32,000 bases of DNA. Origin: Pyrobaculum calidifontis JCM 11548 (GTDB lineage: Archaea > Thermoproteota > Thermoprotei > Thermoproteales > Thermoproteaceae). The notes below the pieces were generated by a model that saw only the letters and a program-made list of their open reading frames with translations, made no database searches and had not been told where the DNA came from. Positions 17,939-25,342 of the stretch are shown piece after piece; positions within the stretch are counted from its first letter, which is position 1, and each line of letters opens with the position of its first letter. The stretch lies in assembly GCF_000015805.1 (NCBI RefSeq), contig NC_009073.1:1140001-1172000 (forward strand), in the 5' to 3' direction. Made by a program: the position numbers and the translations under genes.

Positions 17939-18290
17939 ACTCCTCCAGAAACCTCGCCGCCACTTCCACAAGGTGTTTAACTACGTCAGCCCTGTAGCTA
18001 CGTGGCAGATACCTAGCGCCCACGTATGCGTCTACCAAGATCTCCACGGCGTACCTATTGGCCATAGAAGTCCCAAACCTCTGGCCTCTCCTCCAAGTTC
18101 AAAGTCCCTCAAGTCGTGCGTATGGGGATAATGCCCGTAGTCGCGCGCCAGGAGGCACTTCAAGGCAAGCTGAAGAGCCTGCTCGGCGTGAAAAGCCGCC
18201 AAGTCAACTGCCTTTTTCAACGTCGTCCCGCGCCGCCTCCAATAACTCAAAAGCCCGCCTCCTGAGATGCTCCACTTCGCGTCTGCCCAC
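17910..18290 (-). pseudogene. HEPN domain protein of a HEPN-MNT pair, at least two frameshifts
   Basis: Three frames carry successive HEPN parts. These are GRREVEHLRRRAFELLEAARDDVEK, then AVDLAAFHAEQALQLALKCLLARDYGHYPHTHDLRDF, then ANRYAVEILVDAYVGARYLPRSYRADVVKHLVEVAARFLEEY. The first shift is at an A5 run (T5 on the plus strand, 18213-18217). Confidence 0.65.
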
Positions 18291-18338
18291 ATGAAAATAT
18301 CCAAGTGGAATTAAGTCTATTCCCCGCGAAGAACGGCA

Positions 18339-18905
18339 CTATACGGGTTGCGGAGCGGGGGTTTGCGCAGGGGCGGCGGTGGGCTGTTTTAACTCGAAGG
18401 CCCCTATTATTGCGAATATCTGCCCTATTAAATAGATTACGAGACCTACAAGAATGACAAAAGTCAGCGCCCCAATCCACACGAGGGTCGCGGCCGTCTT
18501 AAAATGCCCAACGCCGCCCGCCTCTGCGAGGCCCATGTACGCCCTACGCAGAAAATAGGCGGAAAAGACCACCACAACCCACAACACGATCCATATGGGG
18601 AGAAGGGCCAGAAGTATAGACAGGAAGTCAAACGGAGGGAGAACTAGCTTGCCCAACGAAAAGAAGTAAGCCACCACGAAGCCGATTAACACTAGCGCCC
18701 CAACAAGCGCCGCTATGAAGGAGTAGAGATAGTTCCGGAAGACGTCGGGCCGCCCAAAGTGTTTTGAGAGGTAGTAAATCCCCACCAGCGACAAGACAAG
18801 GCCAAGCAGAGCCACAAGCCCCCCATCGGCCCCAACCGCAAACCCACCCACGAGCTCGAGAATAAGCCCAACCGCAAACAGAACCTTAGCAGTTTCAAAC
18901 TCCAT
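18339..18905 (-). CDS. Polytopic membrane protein of unknown function with Pro/Ala/Gln-rich C-terminal tail
   Basis: 188-aa ORF with about 5-6 hydrophobic segments and the tail KQPTAAPAQTPAPQPV. Confidence 0.6.
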   Translation of the reverse strand: MEFETAKVLFAVGLILELVGGFAVGADGGLVALLGLVLSLVGIYYLSKHFGRPDVFRNYLYSFIAALVGALVLIGFVVAYFFSLGKLVLPPFDFLSILLALLPIWIVLWVVVVFSAYFLRRAYMGLAEAGGVGHFKTAATLVWIGALTFVILVGLVIYLIGQIFAIIGAFELKQPTAAPAQTPAPQPV

Positions 18906-18992
18906 ACCCCTTCATACAGCATATATTTAAAGCTTGTGAGCCACCCGGGCGAACAGGGGGCACAACATTTTAATGGGGGGCTAGGTGTGTAT

Positions 18993-19349
18993 ATGGGAGT
19001 CAACCTCCTCGGAGTCGGGGTGTTGCTTCTAGGCGTGGCCGCCGTGGTGGCAGTCGGCATTGTTCTACACGCATACTTCACGATGCAGATGTCCTACCGT
19101 CCCCCGCCTCCCTCGCCGTTTACAGCCTACTGCCGCAACTCGGTCGTGGTGATAAGCGCCTACGAAGATTTGACAAATGTCCAAGTGCTAGACGTCAACG
19201 GCACTGCTGTATGCGCCTTCGACAAAATAGGGAGGGGCTCCGACGAGGTATGCAGAGCGAGGGGACCGGGCATCTACTTGATAGTAGCCGGCGGATTTAA
19301 GAAGGCGGTGGACTGCGTGCCTCCGCCAGCGCCGAGCCCGGCGGACTGA
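18993..19349 (+). CDS. N-terminally anchored small protein with 4-Cys beta-rich domain, unknown function
   Basis: MGVNLLGVGVLLLGVAAVVAVGIVL anchor, a PPPPSP linker, four Cys and a PPPAPSP tail. A TATA-like TTTTAAT ends about 18 nt before the ATG at 18993; the track start at 18936 is less likely. Confidence 0.5.
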   Translation: MGVNLLGVGVLLLGVAAVVAVGIVLHAYFTMQMSYRPPPPSPFTAYCRNSVVVISAYEDLTNVQVLDVNGTAVCAFDKIGRGSDEVCRARGPGIYLIVAGGFKKAVDCVPPPAPSPAD

Positions 19350-19365
19350 CGCCACGAGCGGAGGC

Positions 19366-19707
19366 ATGACCTGCGCCGAGCGCCTGTTTTTGGCCGAGGT
19401 TAGACTGCGCATGGGGTGCCAAGAGGGCAAGCCCCTCGACTTGGGCTTCGTCCAAGTTAAGCCAGACCTCGACTGCGGCGGGGTGCCAGTGGAGGTGGAG
19501 TGCGCCGAGAGGGCCCACTACGGCCTAGGCCAAGCCCTCGCCTACAAATACGCCGTGGGGAAGGCCGCCCTGGTTGTGATCGCGGAGGAGGTGTCGAACC
19601 CCCTGCGCAACTTCCTCGCCTGGGCCTCCCAGCTGGGGATAGACGTATACGTCTACGTAGGCGGAGAGGTCATTCAACTCTTCTATAAGGCGCCGTCGAC
19701 TCAATAA
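19366..19707 (+). CDS. Minimal PD-(D/E)xK nuclease-fold protein (Hjc/NucS/RecB-like core), atypical E-V-E in place of E-x-K
   Basis: Ordered motifs E (AERLF), D (KPDLD), VEVEC and GQALAYKY (QxxxY-like), then beta-alpha-beta (ALVVIAEE...LGIDVYVYV). It starts 16 nt after the preceding ORF. Confidence 0.45.
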   Translation: MTCAERLFLAEVRLRMGCQEGKPLDLGFVQVKPDLDCGGVPVEVECAERAHYGLGQALAYKYAVGKAALVVIAEEVSNPLRNFLAWASQLGIDVYVYVGGEVIQLFYKAPSTQ

Positions 19708-20572
19708 ACCTGTTAAGAGCCTTGAAGTAGGCCTCAAACTGTAGCTTGTCCTCCCCCTTGTCCCTCTTTAGCACATGGCCCTTTTCGCGGTACTCCTCTA
19801 TCCCGAGCCCGTTCTTGAGCTTGAAGCCGTAGTACTCGCTCTCCACTTTATCGCTGTAGTACTTGGCTCTCTCCTCCCACTTAATGACTGTAATATTGGG
19901 AAACGCCTTAGTTATCGTGTTACGCGTCTCTTCCCACGCCTCTGCTATTTTATCCACCCTGTTATCCCTAATCTGGTTTAACAACACTGAGATGTACAAG
20001 TCGGGGCTGTCTATGCCGAATTGGTTCCTCATGACTGCGTACACGCGCTGGAGGAAGACAGCGGTCTTCTTAACCTCGGCCTCGCCCGGCCGAGTAATAG
20101 CCACATAGAATGAGGAGAGGGGGATCGTCATGGGGAAAGACCAGTAAACCCAGTTAGGCGAGTCGAGGATGACGATGTCGTGCTTGTCCACGAGGGGCCC
20201 CAGCAGGTCCACGAGGAGGTCGCTCCACTTGGGGAGGTTCTTCACTTCGCCAGCCACGTCGTCTAGATTTCCCCCCGGCAGGAGGTGAAAGTCCGAATGA
20301 GTGCCCACCACCCTAACCCTCCTCACACACTCCCCCGCGTCCGGCGGCCTGCCCACGCGCCCCGTCTTAAAATCCACCAGCCTCTGGAGGAGAGTCTTCA
20401 AGTTGCAGTCCTCGGCGTGGTCTCCCACCGTCCACATAGTGGCCGTGGCCGATGAGTCTAAGTCAACAAGCAACACCCTCTTACCGTGCAATGCGTAGGC
20501 GCCCGCGGTGAGCAGAGAAAGCGTGGTTTTCCCCACGCCGCCGCTGGCAGAGATGAAACTAACCACATGCAT
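19670..20572 (-). CDS. ParA/MinD-superfamily P-loop ATPase, atypical (no signature lysine), with about 90-aa C-terminal extension
   Basis: MHVVSFISASGGVGKTT (Walker A), RVLLVDLD (A'), HDIVILDSPNW (Walker B). The probable start is the ATG at 20572; the track GTG is at 20578. Confidence 0.8.
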   Translation of the reverse strand: MHVVSFISASGGVGKTTLSLLTAGAYALHGKRVLLVDLDSSATATMWTVGDHAEDCNLKTLLQRLVDFKTGRVGRPPDAGECVRRVRVVGTHSDFHLLPGGNLDDVAGEVKNLPKWSDLLVDLLGPLVDKHDIVILDSPNWVYWSFPMTIPLSSFYVAITRPGEAEVKKTAVFLQRVYAVMRNQFGIDSPDLYISVLLNQIRDNRVDKIAEAWEETRNTITKAFPNITVIKWEERAKYYSDKVESEYYGFKLKNGLGIEEYREKGHVLKRDKGEDKLQFEAYFKALNRFIESTAPYRRVE

Positions 20573-20687
20573 AAGCACTCGTCTACGTGTAAATATAATA
20601 CTTTCCGTTATAAATGGAGGATATACAAGAAGTAAAGTAAAGCAGACGGGGGACGTATGAGGTAGACTGAACCTACTTGCGTGGGCT

Positions 20688-21160
20688 ATGGCAAGGCTGG
20701 GAGTAGTAGAAGGTGCGGAAAGTAGCTTTCGGGCTAGGCTGAGGGTGCAAAAGGTCGTCTACCTACTGAAACCCTCGACTTCCCCACAGGCTACAAGTGT
20801 AACATGTACATATGGGGCCCCTACAGCCCCTAGCTAAACTTCTTCCACCTCTTCTGCGGCACGTGCATGCTCAGTCTGGGCTTTAAGCTTACCAGCTTTG
20901 TTAACGTGGACAAGGAGAGGTGGGAACCATTGACAAGCTTGAATGATGCACTCATCCTCAAAATGGTGGCCACGTTGTAGAACCTCCTCGTCGCCGGGTG
21001 GCCTCTGGAGGAGGCAAAGGAGAGGGTGACGTAGCTCAAGCCCTACGTCACTGAGCGGTTGGTGGAGGCAGGCACGCGGCTGTTGAAGAGCCGGGCCTAT
21101 CATAATGCCCACGTGTTGGCGCCTGTCGCTGCCTGCGGGAACGTGTATGGTCCACGCTAG
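20688..21160 (+). pseudogene. Disrupted gene with Panacea/SocA-like (DUF4065, COG3600-like) N-terminal motifs
   Basis: Frame 0 reads MARLGVVEGAESSFRARLRVQKVVYLLK. It shifts to a second frame reading ETLDFPTGYKCNMYIWGPYSP, then three in-frame TAG codons (20831, 20978, 21032) precede the terminal TAG at 21158. Confidence 0.45.
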
Positions 21161-22122
21161 CAGTTAAGTCTTTGTTTGAGCGACTTCCAGACTCTAAGAG
21201 CTACATCTTGGGGCGTGGGGTAGCGCTTTCTTACCAACAGGTAGTGGTGGCTTTGCCAAAAATCTGCGGCAACTTGCGCTGCCTGTCTAATCGCGGCTTC
21301 TACGGCCCTACACTCTGCGCCTTCGCGTAAGTTGTACCAGTCCACGGCCCTCAAGTCGAGCAAGGCCTTAACCATGTCGTGGGCCTCCGCGACCACTCTC
21401 CCCTCGGCCACCGGCCTCAGAAGCTTCTCCCTAAGCTTCAAGGACAATTGCCAAGAGATGTCGGACACTGGGAGGCCCCTCACCTCTGCCACCGGGGGCT
21501 CCAGCGCTATGGAGATCCCCACTCTTAAGTAGTCCACCTTGGGCTCGTCTACGCCCAGCGTCTCCACTGAGGCCCTCTTCGCCTCCTCCACATCGCGGTA
21601 CCGCAGTTCTATGCCTCGCGACGCTAAGAAGCGCCAGAGAGGCACGCCGGACCACCTGGACACGACGGGTATGCGCAGGGGGAGGAGGAAGGGGAGGACG
21701 TCCCGCTCTATGTCGTGTTCAAGGAGGCCCAAGTAGATGCGCCTGCCCCCGACCTCTAAGGAGGCGGCAAGTCCGGACTCTATGAGTGCTTGATTTAGCG
21801 AAGCCACTTGCTTAAGAGCCTCGGCCTTAGTTGTAGCGCGCCGGGTCGCCGTGTCTATGTCGAAGGTGAGCCGCGGCGGCTCGCCTACCTCTGGGAGCAC
21901 CAAGAAGTTTATCACGTACCCCCCGCCGAGGATTAGCCCGCCGCGTCCAAGCACGGCCGCGTAGCGGTGCATATAGGCTACGCGCTCAAAGTCCATCCTC
22001 ATCTGCGCCAGCTCGTGCGGCGTCAGGGGGATCCCCAGCGCCTCTATAGCGCCGTCGATTTCGCCGAGGGTAGGCGCCGTGGAGAAGAGGCGCCTAAATT
22101 GAGAGGCGGTCGACTCCGCCAT
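21157..22122 (-). CDS. AbiEii/DUF1814-like nucleotidyltransferase (type IV toxin-antitoxin / abortive infection toxin family)
   Basis: GGLILGGGYVINFLVLPEVGEPPRLTFDIDTA matches the GG..AL ... R.S.DiDf core of AbiEii family proteins. The probable start is MAESTASQF at 22122, overlapping the upstream gene by 29 nt. Confidence 0.55.
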   Translation of the reverse strand: MAESTASQFRRLFSTAPTLGEIDGAIEALGIPLTPHELAQMRMDFERVAYMHRYAAVLGRGGLILGGGYVINFLVLPEVGEPPRLTFDIDTATRRATTKAEALKQVASLNQALIESGLAASLEVGGRRIYLGLLEHDIERDVLPFLLPLRIPVVSRWSGVPLWRFLASRGIELRYRDVEEAKRASVETLGVDEPKVDYLRVGISIALEPPVAEVRGLPVSDISWQLSLKLREKLLRPVAEGRVVAEAHDMVKALLDLRAVDWYNLREGAECRAVEAAIRQAAQVAADFWQSHHYLLVRKRYPTPQDVALRVWKSLKQRLNC

Positions 22123-22759
22123 CGTCCAATATTGCCCAAGTGGCCCACTTTGCCACGTAGTCCAGCCACTCCTCGAACTCCTCGCGGTAGGGGTCAAAGC
22201 GGCCCCAGGAGACGGAGCGCCCCGTCAACACCATGTCCCACACCACCAACGCGGCGAGTATCCGCCGCCCCCTCTCCCCAGCCAGCTCGTACACCTTGTC
22301 CACGTCGTAGAGCCCCCTAGACCACACCAAATCCACGAGATACGGCCCAGGCTCCCCAAAAGTCAAAATATCGGCGTAGCACTGCTCCACCGAGCACACA
22401 GAGAAGCCCAGGTAGGGAGAGTAGTAGAACTCCCTCTCCCCCAAGTCGGAGACGTACACCGCCTCTACCTCAAGGCGCCCCTTCAGCCTCGCGTCTGCCA
22501 CAGCCAGCGGAGGCGACGCGCCGAGTGCCTTCTTAAGCCACGGCACAACCACGTACCCCATATGCGCCGGGGGGAAGACAAGCCGCCCCCCACCCCCTCT
22601 ACACGCCAGAGGCTTGACGACCCCGCCCTCCACGGCGACAAGGCCGGCGGAGGCCAGCCTCTCCAGCGCCTCCCTAGAAAACACCTTCTCCACCAGCCGC
22701 ACTTCCGCCGGCGTGCCCCCGCGGCAGAGCTCCAAAAGCAAGTCCACGCGCCAATCCAT
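22094..22759 (-). CDS. AbiEi-like antitoxin/transcription regulator (N-terminal wHTH-like + C-terminal AbiEi-type domain)
   Basis: 221 aa with N-terminal ELCRGGTPAEVRLVEKVFSREALERLASAGLVAVEGGVV (wHTH-like) and C-terminal CSVEQCYADILTFGEPGPYLVDLVW...DVDKVYELAGERG. It lies immediately upstream of and overlaps the AbiEii-like gene. Confidence 0.45.
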   Translation of the reverse strand: MDWRVDLLLELCRGGTPAEVRLVEKVFSREALERLASAGLVAVEGGVVKPLACRGGGGRLVFPPAHMGYVVVPWLKKALGASPPLAVADARLKGRLEVEAVYVSDLGEREFYYSPYLGFSVCSVEQCYADILTFGEPGPYLVDLVWSRGLYDVDKVYELAGERGRRILAALVVWDMVLTGRSVSWGRFDPYREEFEEWLDYVAKWATWAILDDGGVDRLSI

Positions 22760-22771
22760 TTATAGGAATAT

Positions 22772-23668
22772 ATGGTTTACGCCGTGGAGCTTGAGGAGAG
22801 ATTCGTCATACGGGTAGAGAAGGGCGACGTGGACTTCCACTTGACAGCCGCCGTCTACAACTTCAAATGGTACTACGACGGGGAGAGGCTTGTCCTCGTG
22901 GAGGACAGAGACGCGGCGCTCGTGGTCGAGGAGGAGGGGACGTGGCTGAGAGTGACGGGTTATGGGGAGGTGGAAAAGGGTGAGGCGGCGGAGCTCGTGG
23001 CCAAGAGGCTCGGCCTGGGCGAGGACTACTCCGACTTCTTCCGCCGGGCGGCGGGGGACCCCATTCTCAGAGAGGCGCCGCGGATATTTGCAAAGTGGAG
23101 GCTCAGATCTGCCACGCCCTGGTACGCCTTCCTAGTCGCAGTGCTACAGCAAAACGCCAGCTTCCTCCAGGGCTGGAGGGGGCTCTGCTGTATAATAAAG
23201 CGGTTTGGCACGCCGATGAGGCTGGGGCAGATGTACACCATCGCCCCGCCGACCCCACGCGAGGTCCTCGACCTGGGAGACAAGCTGAGGAGTTGCCCCA
23301 TCGGATACCGCGCCGCCACCATAGCCGCCGTGGCCGAGACCTTTGCAAAAGGCGGAGACCCCTTCAAGGCGAGAGGCGTAGGGCCCTACACGAGGAGCCT
23401 CGTGGAGCTACTCGCCCACCGGAGATACGACGCAGCCCCCGTAGACAGGTGGGTCAAGCGGCTCGTCCAAGAGGCCGTGGGCCAAGACGCAGAGCAATAC
23501 CTCCGAGAGAAGTTCGGCCAATGGGCAGGCCTCGCAGTCTACCTCTACACCGTGGCCCTAGACGCGGCCCCCCTACGGAAGGCCCTCGAAAGGCTGAAGA
23601 AAGGCCAAGTGACACCAATGGAAGAGGTCTCGCCAATGGGCATGTGGAAGACAGAGATGTGCCACTAA
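22772..23668 (+). CDS. HhH-GPD superfamily DNA glycosylase (AlkA/Ogg-like) with N-terminal AlkA_N-like domain
   Basis: WYAFLVAVLQQNASFLQGW..., the HhH region RGVGPYTRSLVELLAHRRYDAAPVDRWVKRLV with the conserved Asp, and a length of about 298 aa. Confidence 0.7.
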   Translation: MVYAVELEERFVIRVEKGDVDFHLTAAVYNFKWYYDGERLVLVEDRDAALVVEEEGTWLRVTGYGEVEKGEAAELVAKRLGLGEDYSDFFRRAAGDPILREAPRIFAKWRLRSATPWYAFLVAVLQQNASFLQGWRGLCCIIKRFGTPMRLGQMYTIAPPTPREVLDLGDKLRSCPIGYRAATIAAVAETFAKGGDPFKARGVGPYTRSLVELLAHRRYDAAPVDRWVKRLVQEAVGQDAEQYLREKFGQWAGLAVYLYTVALDAAPLRKALERLKKGQVTPMEEVSPMGMWKTEMCH

Positions 23669-23848
23669 TCGGCCACACGCCGCCCACGCGGACCTCTCCT
23701 CACAAGTCAGAGGTACTCCGGCTCCTCACACCAAGAGAAACATACATCAAATAAAGATGTTCAGCCCCAGTAAAGCCTCTTCACCCATCGGAAAACCCCG
23801 CCATCTTCACACAGAGATATTAAACACACGAAAGTTAAAAACGTGAAA

Positions 23849-23956
23849 CTAGCGGTGGGCATACCGTTCAAGGGTTTCTGTCTCTTTTGGAGGCGACTTC
23901 CTCGGAAAGTTGACAGATAAGCGAGGCAAGCTCGCGAAGGAGAGAGCCACGTACAC
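23849..23956 (-). pseudogene. Relic of MinD-like 3' end (oldest copy of the tandem unit)
   Basis: Begins GTGTACGTGGC (VYVALSF) like the copy at 24559. Its flanking sequence ttagagagacgcctctatcaac parallels ttagagagacggctctttcaac at about 24585. Confidence 0.4.
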
Positions 23957-24023
23957 GCCTGTAGCACAGTCGCGTCTATGTTGATAGAGGCGTCTCTCTA
24001 AGACGAGAGTTCCAAAAAACGTG

Positions 24024-24398
24024 TTAGGATTGACTAGCCTTGGCCAAAACTGCAGAGACTCCCCACCACAAGAAGGTGATGTTCGACATCACTATAAACA
24101 AAGCATCTACCACTACTCTCTCTGCCTTCGCCAAGCCGAGCAACTGCACAGCCCCAAGCGCCAGGAAAAATGCGCTGAGGCCAAGGGAGAAGACGGCCCC
24201 AAAACGGCCGCGGGCGGGGCCCTCTCTGAGATACACCATTAGTATAAGTATCAGTCCCAACCCTATTGAAGCCCCCACCGTGGCTTGGCCCACCAGAAGG
24301 CCGATCCCAAACCCCAAGACCGCCAATCCAATAAGCACAAGGCTCCAAAACAGAATACGGCCACTGTTGCCGCGTCCACTACCCATAGAAGACGCCAT
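24024..24398 (-). CDS. Small 4-TM membrane protein, tandem paralogue 1
   Basis: 124 aa. It shares GLGAVFL/LGLSAFFL, QLLGL and F(V/L)(L/W)WGVS blocks with the ORF at 24621-24938. Confidence 0.6.
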   Translation of the reverse strand: MASSMGSGRGNSGRILFWSLVLIGLAVLGFGIGLLVGQATVGASIGLGLILILMVYLREGPARGRFGAVFSLGLSAFFLALGAVQLLGLAKAERVVVDALFIVMSNITFLWWGVSAVLAKASQS

Positions 24399-24414
24399 AA
24401 AGTATACTTATATG

Positions 24415-24600
24415 TTATACGCTGTAGAAGGCCTTGGCTACGAAGGCTACTATTTTGTCTATAGCCTCGGCGCCACGACGTAGCCATCTGCTCATCCGCA
24501 AACTCCTCTACTTCTCCCTCGGGAACCTTCAGCATTGTAAACGACAAGGCCACGTACACGTCCGTGGAGACGGCAGCCTCTGGTTGAAAGAGCCGTCTCT
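24415..24600 (-). pseudogene. Relic of MinD-like ATPase 3' end (middle copy), frameshifted
   Basis: Ends ...GAEAIDKIVAFVAKAFYSV*, versus ...FAEATERIAAFIAKVFYSV* in the fragment at 24969. The upstream part VYVALSFTMLKVPEGEVEEF is in another frame. Confidence 0.5.
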
Positions 24601-24620
24601 CTAACGGGAGTTGGAAAAAG

Positions 24621-24938
24621 TTAGAATTGACCAGTCCTTGCCCTCAGGAGAGAGACTCCCCACAACACAAAGCCGAGACCAGTGAGCACTGTAAACAGCG
24701 CGCCCATTGTCCTCCACTGCTCCTCCAACCCGAGCAACTGCTCAACCCCAGTCACCAGGAAAACTGCGCCAAGCCCAAGCAGGAAAACGGCTCTTCCTCT
24801 GAGAAGCGCCATAGCCACATAGCCCAAGCCTATGCCTATAAAAGCCCCTGCGCCAGGGTAACCCAGTAGGTGACCCACCCCCGCCCCCAGCAACATCAGT
24901 CCAGCAAACATGATGGCTCCAACGTCGCACCGGCCCAT
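24621..24938 (-). CDS. Small 4-TM membrane protein, tandem paralogue 2
   Basis: 105 aa, a clear paralogue of 24024-24398, lying 30 nt downstream of the MinD-like fragment. Confidence 0.6.
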   Translation of the reverse strand: MGRCDVGAIMFAGLMLLGAGVGHLLGYPGAGAFIGIGLGYVAMALLRGRAVFLLGLGAVFLVTGVEQLLGLEEQWRTMGALFTVLTGLGFVLWGVSLLRARTGQF

Positions 24939-24968
24939 GGAAAATAGAAAAATACTCTTCCTAATATC

Positions 24969-25325
24969 TTATACGCTGTAGAAGACTTTGGCTATGAAGG
25001 CGGCTATTCTCTCTGTGGCTTCGGCGAACTTAGGCCGGGGCGATATGTCGTATGGTAGCTTCCCCTGGGCAGTGGCCACCTCGACCACTGGCTCGTCCTC
25101 GACGATAAGCCACGCGGGGCCCCACCTCGACCTTCCCAGCGCCTCAGCCTTGCGGCCGGGAAGCCCCTCCACCCACTTATTCAACACTACGACGTAGGGC
25201 TTCCTCAGGAGGGGCCTCACTCTCTCCCCCACTAGAGGCGCAGACTGAGGAGTAAGCACAACGACGTAGCCGTTCGCCGCCTCTTTTGGCAAGGGGTGGG
25301 TGAAGCCGGCCCCGGGAGGTCCGCG
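24969..25325 (-). pseudogene. 5'-truncated MinD/Mrp-like P-loop ATPase fragment (Walker B region to C-terminus only)
   Basis: The open frame reads RGPPGAGFTHPLPKEAANGYVVVLTPQSAPL...YVVVLNKWVEG...EVATAQGKLPY. That is the D.PPG / VVV.TP / VV.NK blocks of MinD-type ATPases, but no Walker A half is present. The space upstream is occupied by another ORF. Confidence 0.55.
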
Positions 25326-25342
25326 AGAGGAGGGAAAAGAGG

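Noticed and set aside
18713-19081. 122-aa minus-strand ORF and 18247-18480 ORF overlapping the membrane protein gene region
   Set aside because: They are alternative frames of, or extensions across, the promoter region of better-supported genes. The composition is Pro/Thr/Arg-rich with no motifs.
23095-23754. 219-aa plus-strand alternative-frame ORF and 23026-23367 minus-strand ORF
   Set aside because: They overlap the HhH-GPD glycosylase frame, which has recognisable motifs. These alternatives are Arg/Pro-rich with no motifs.
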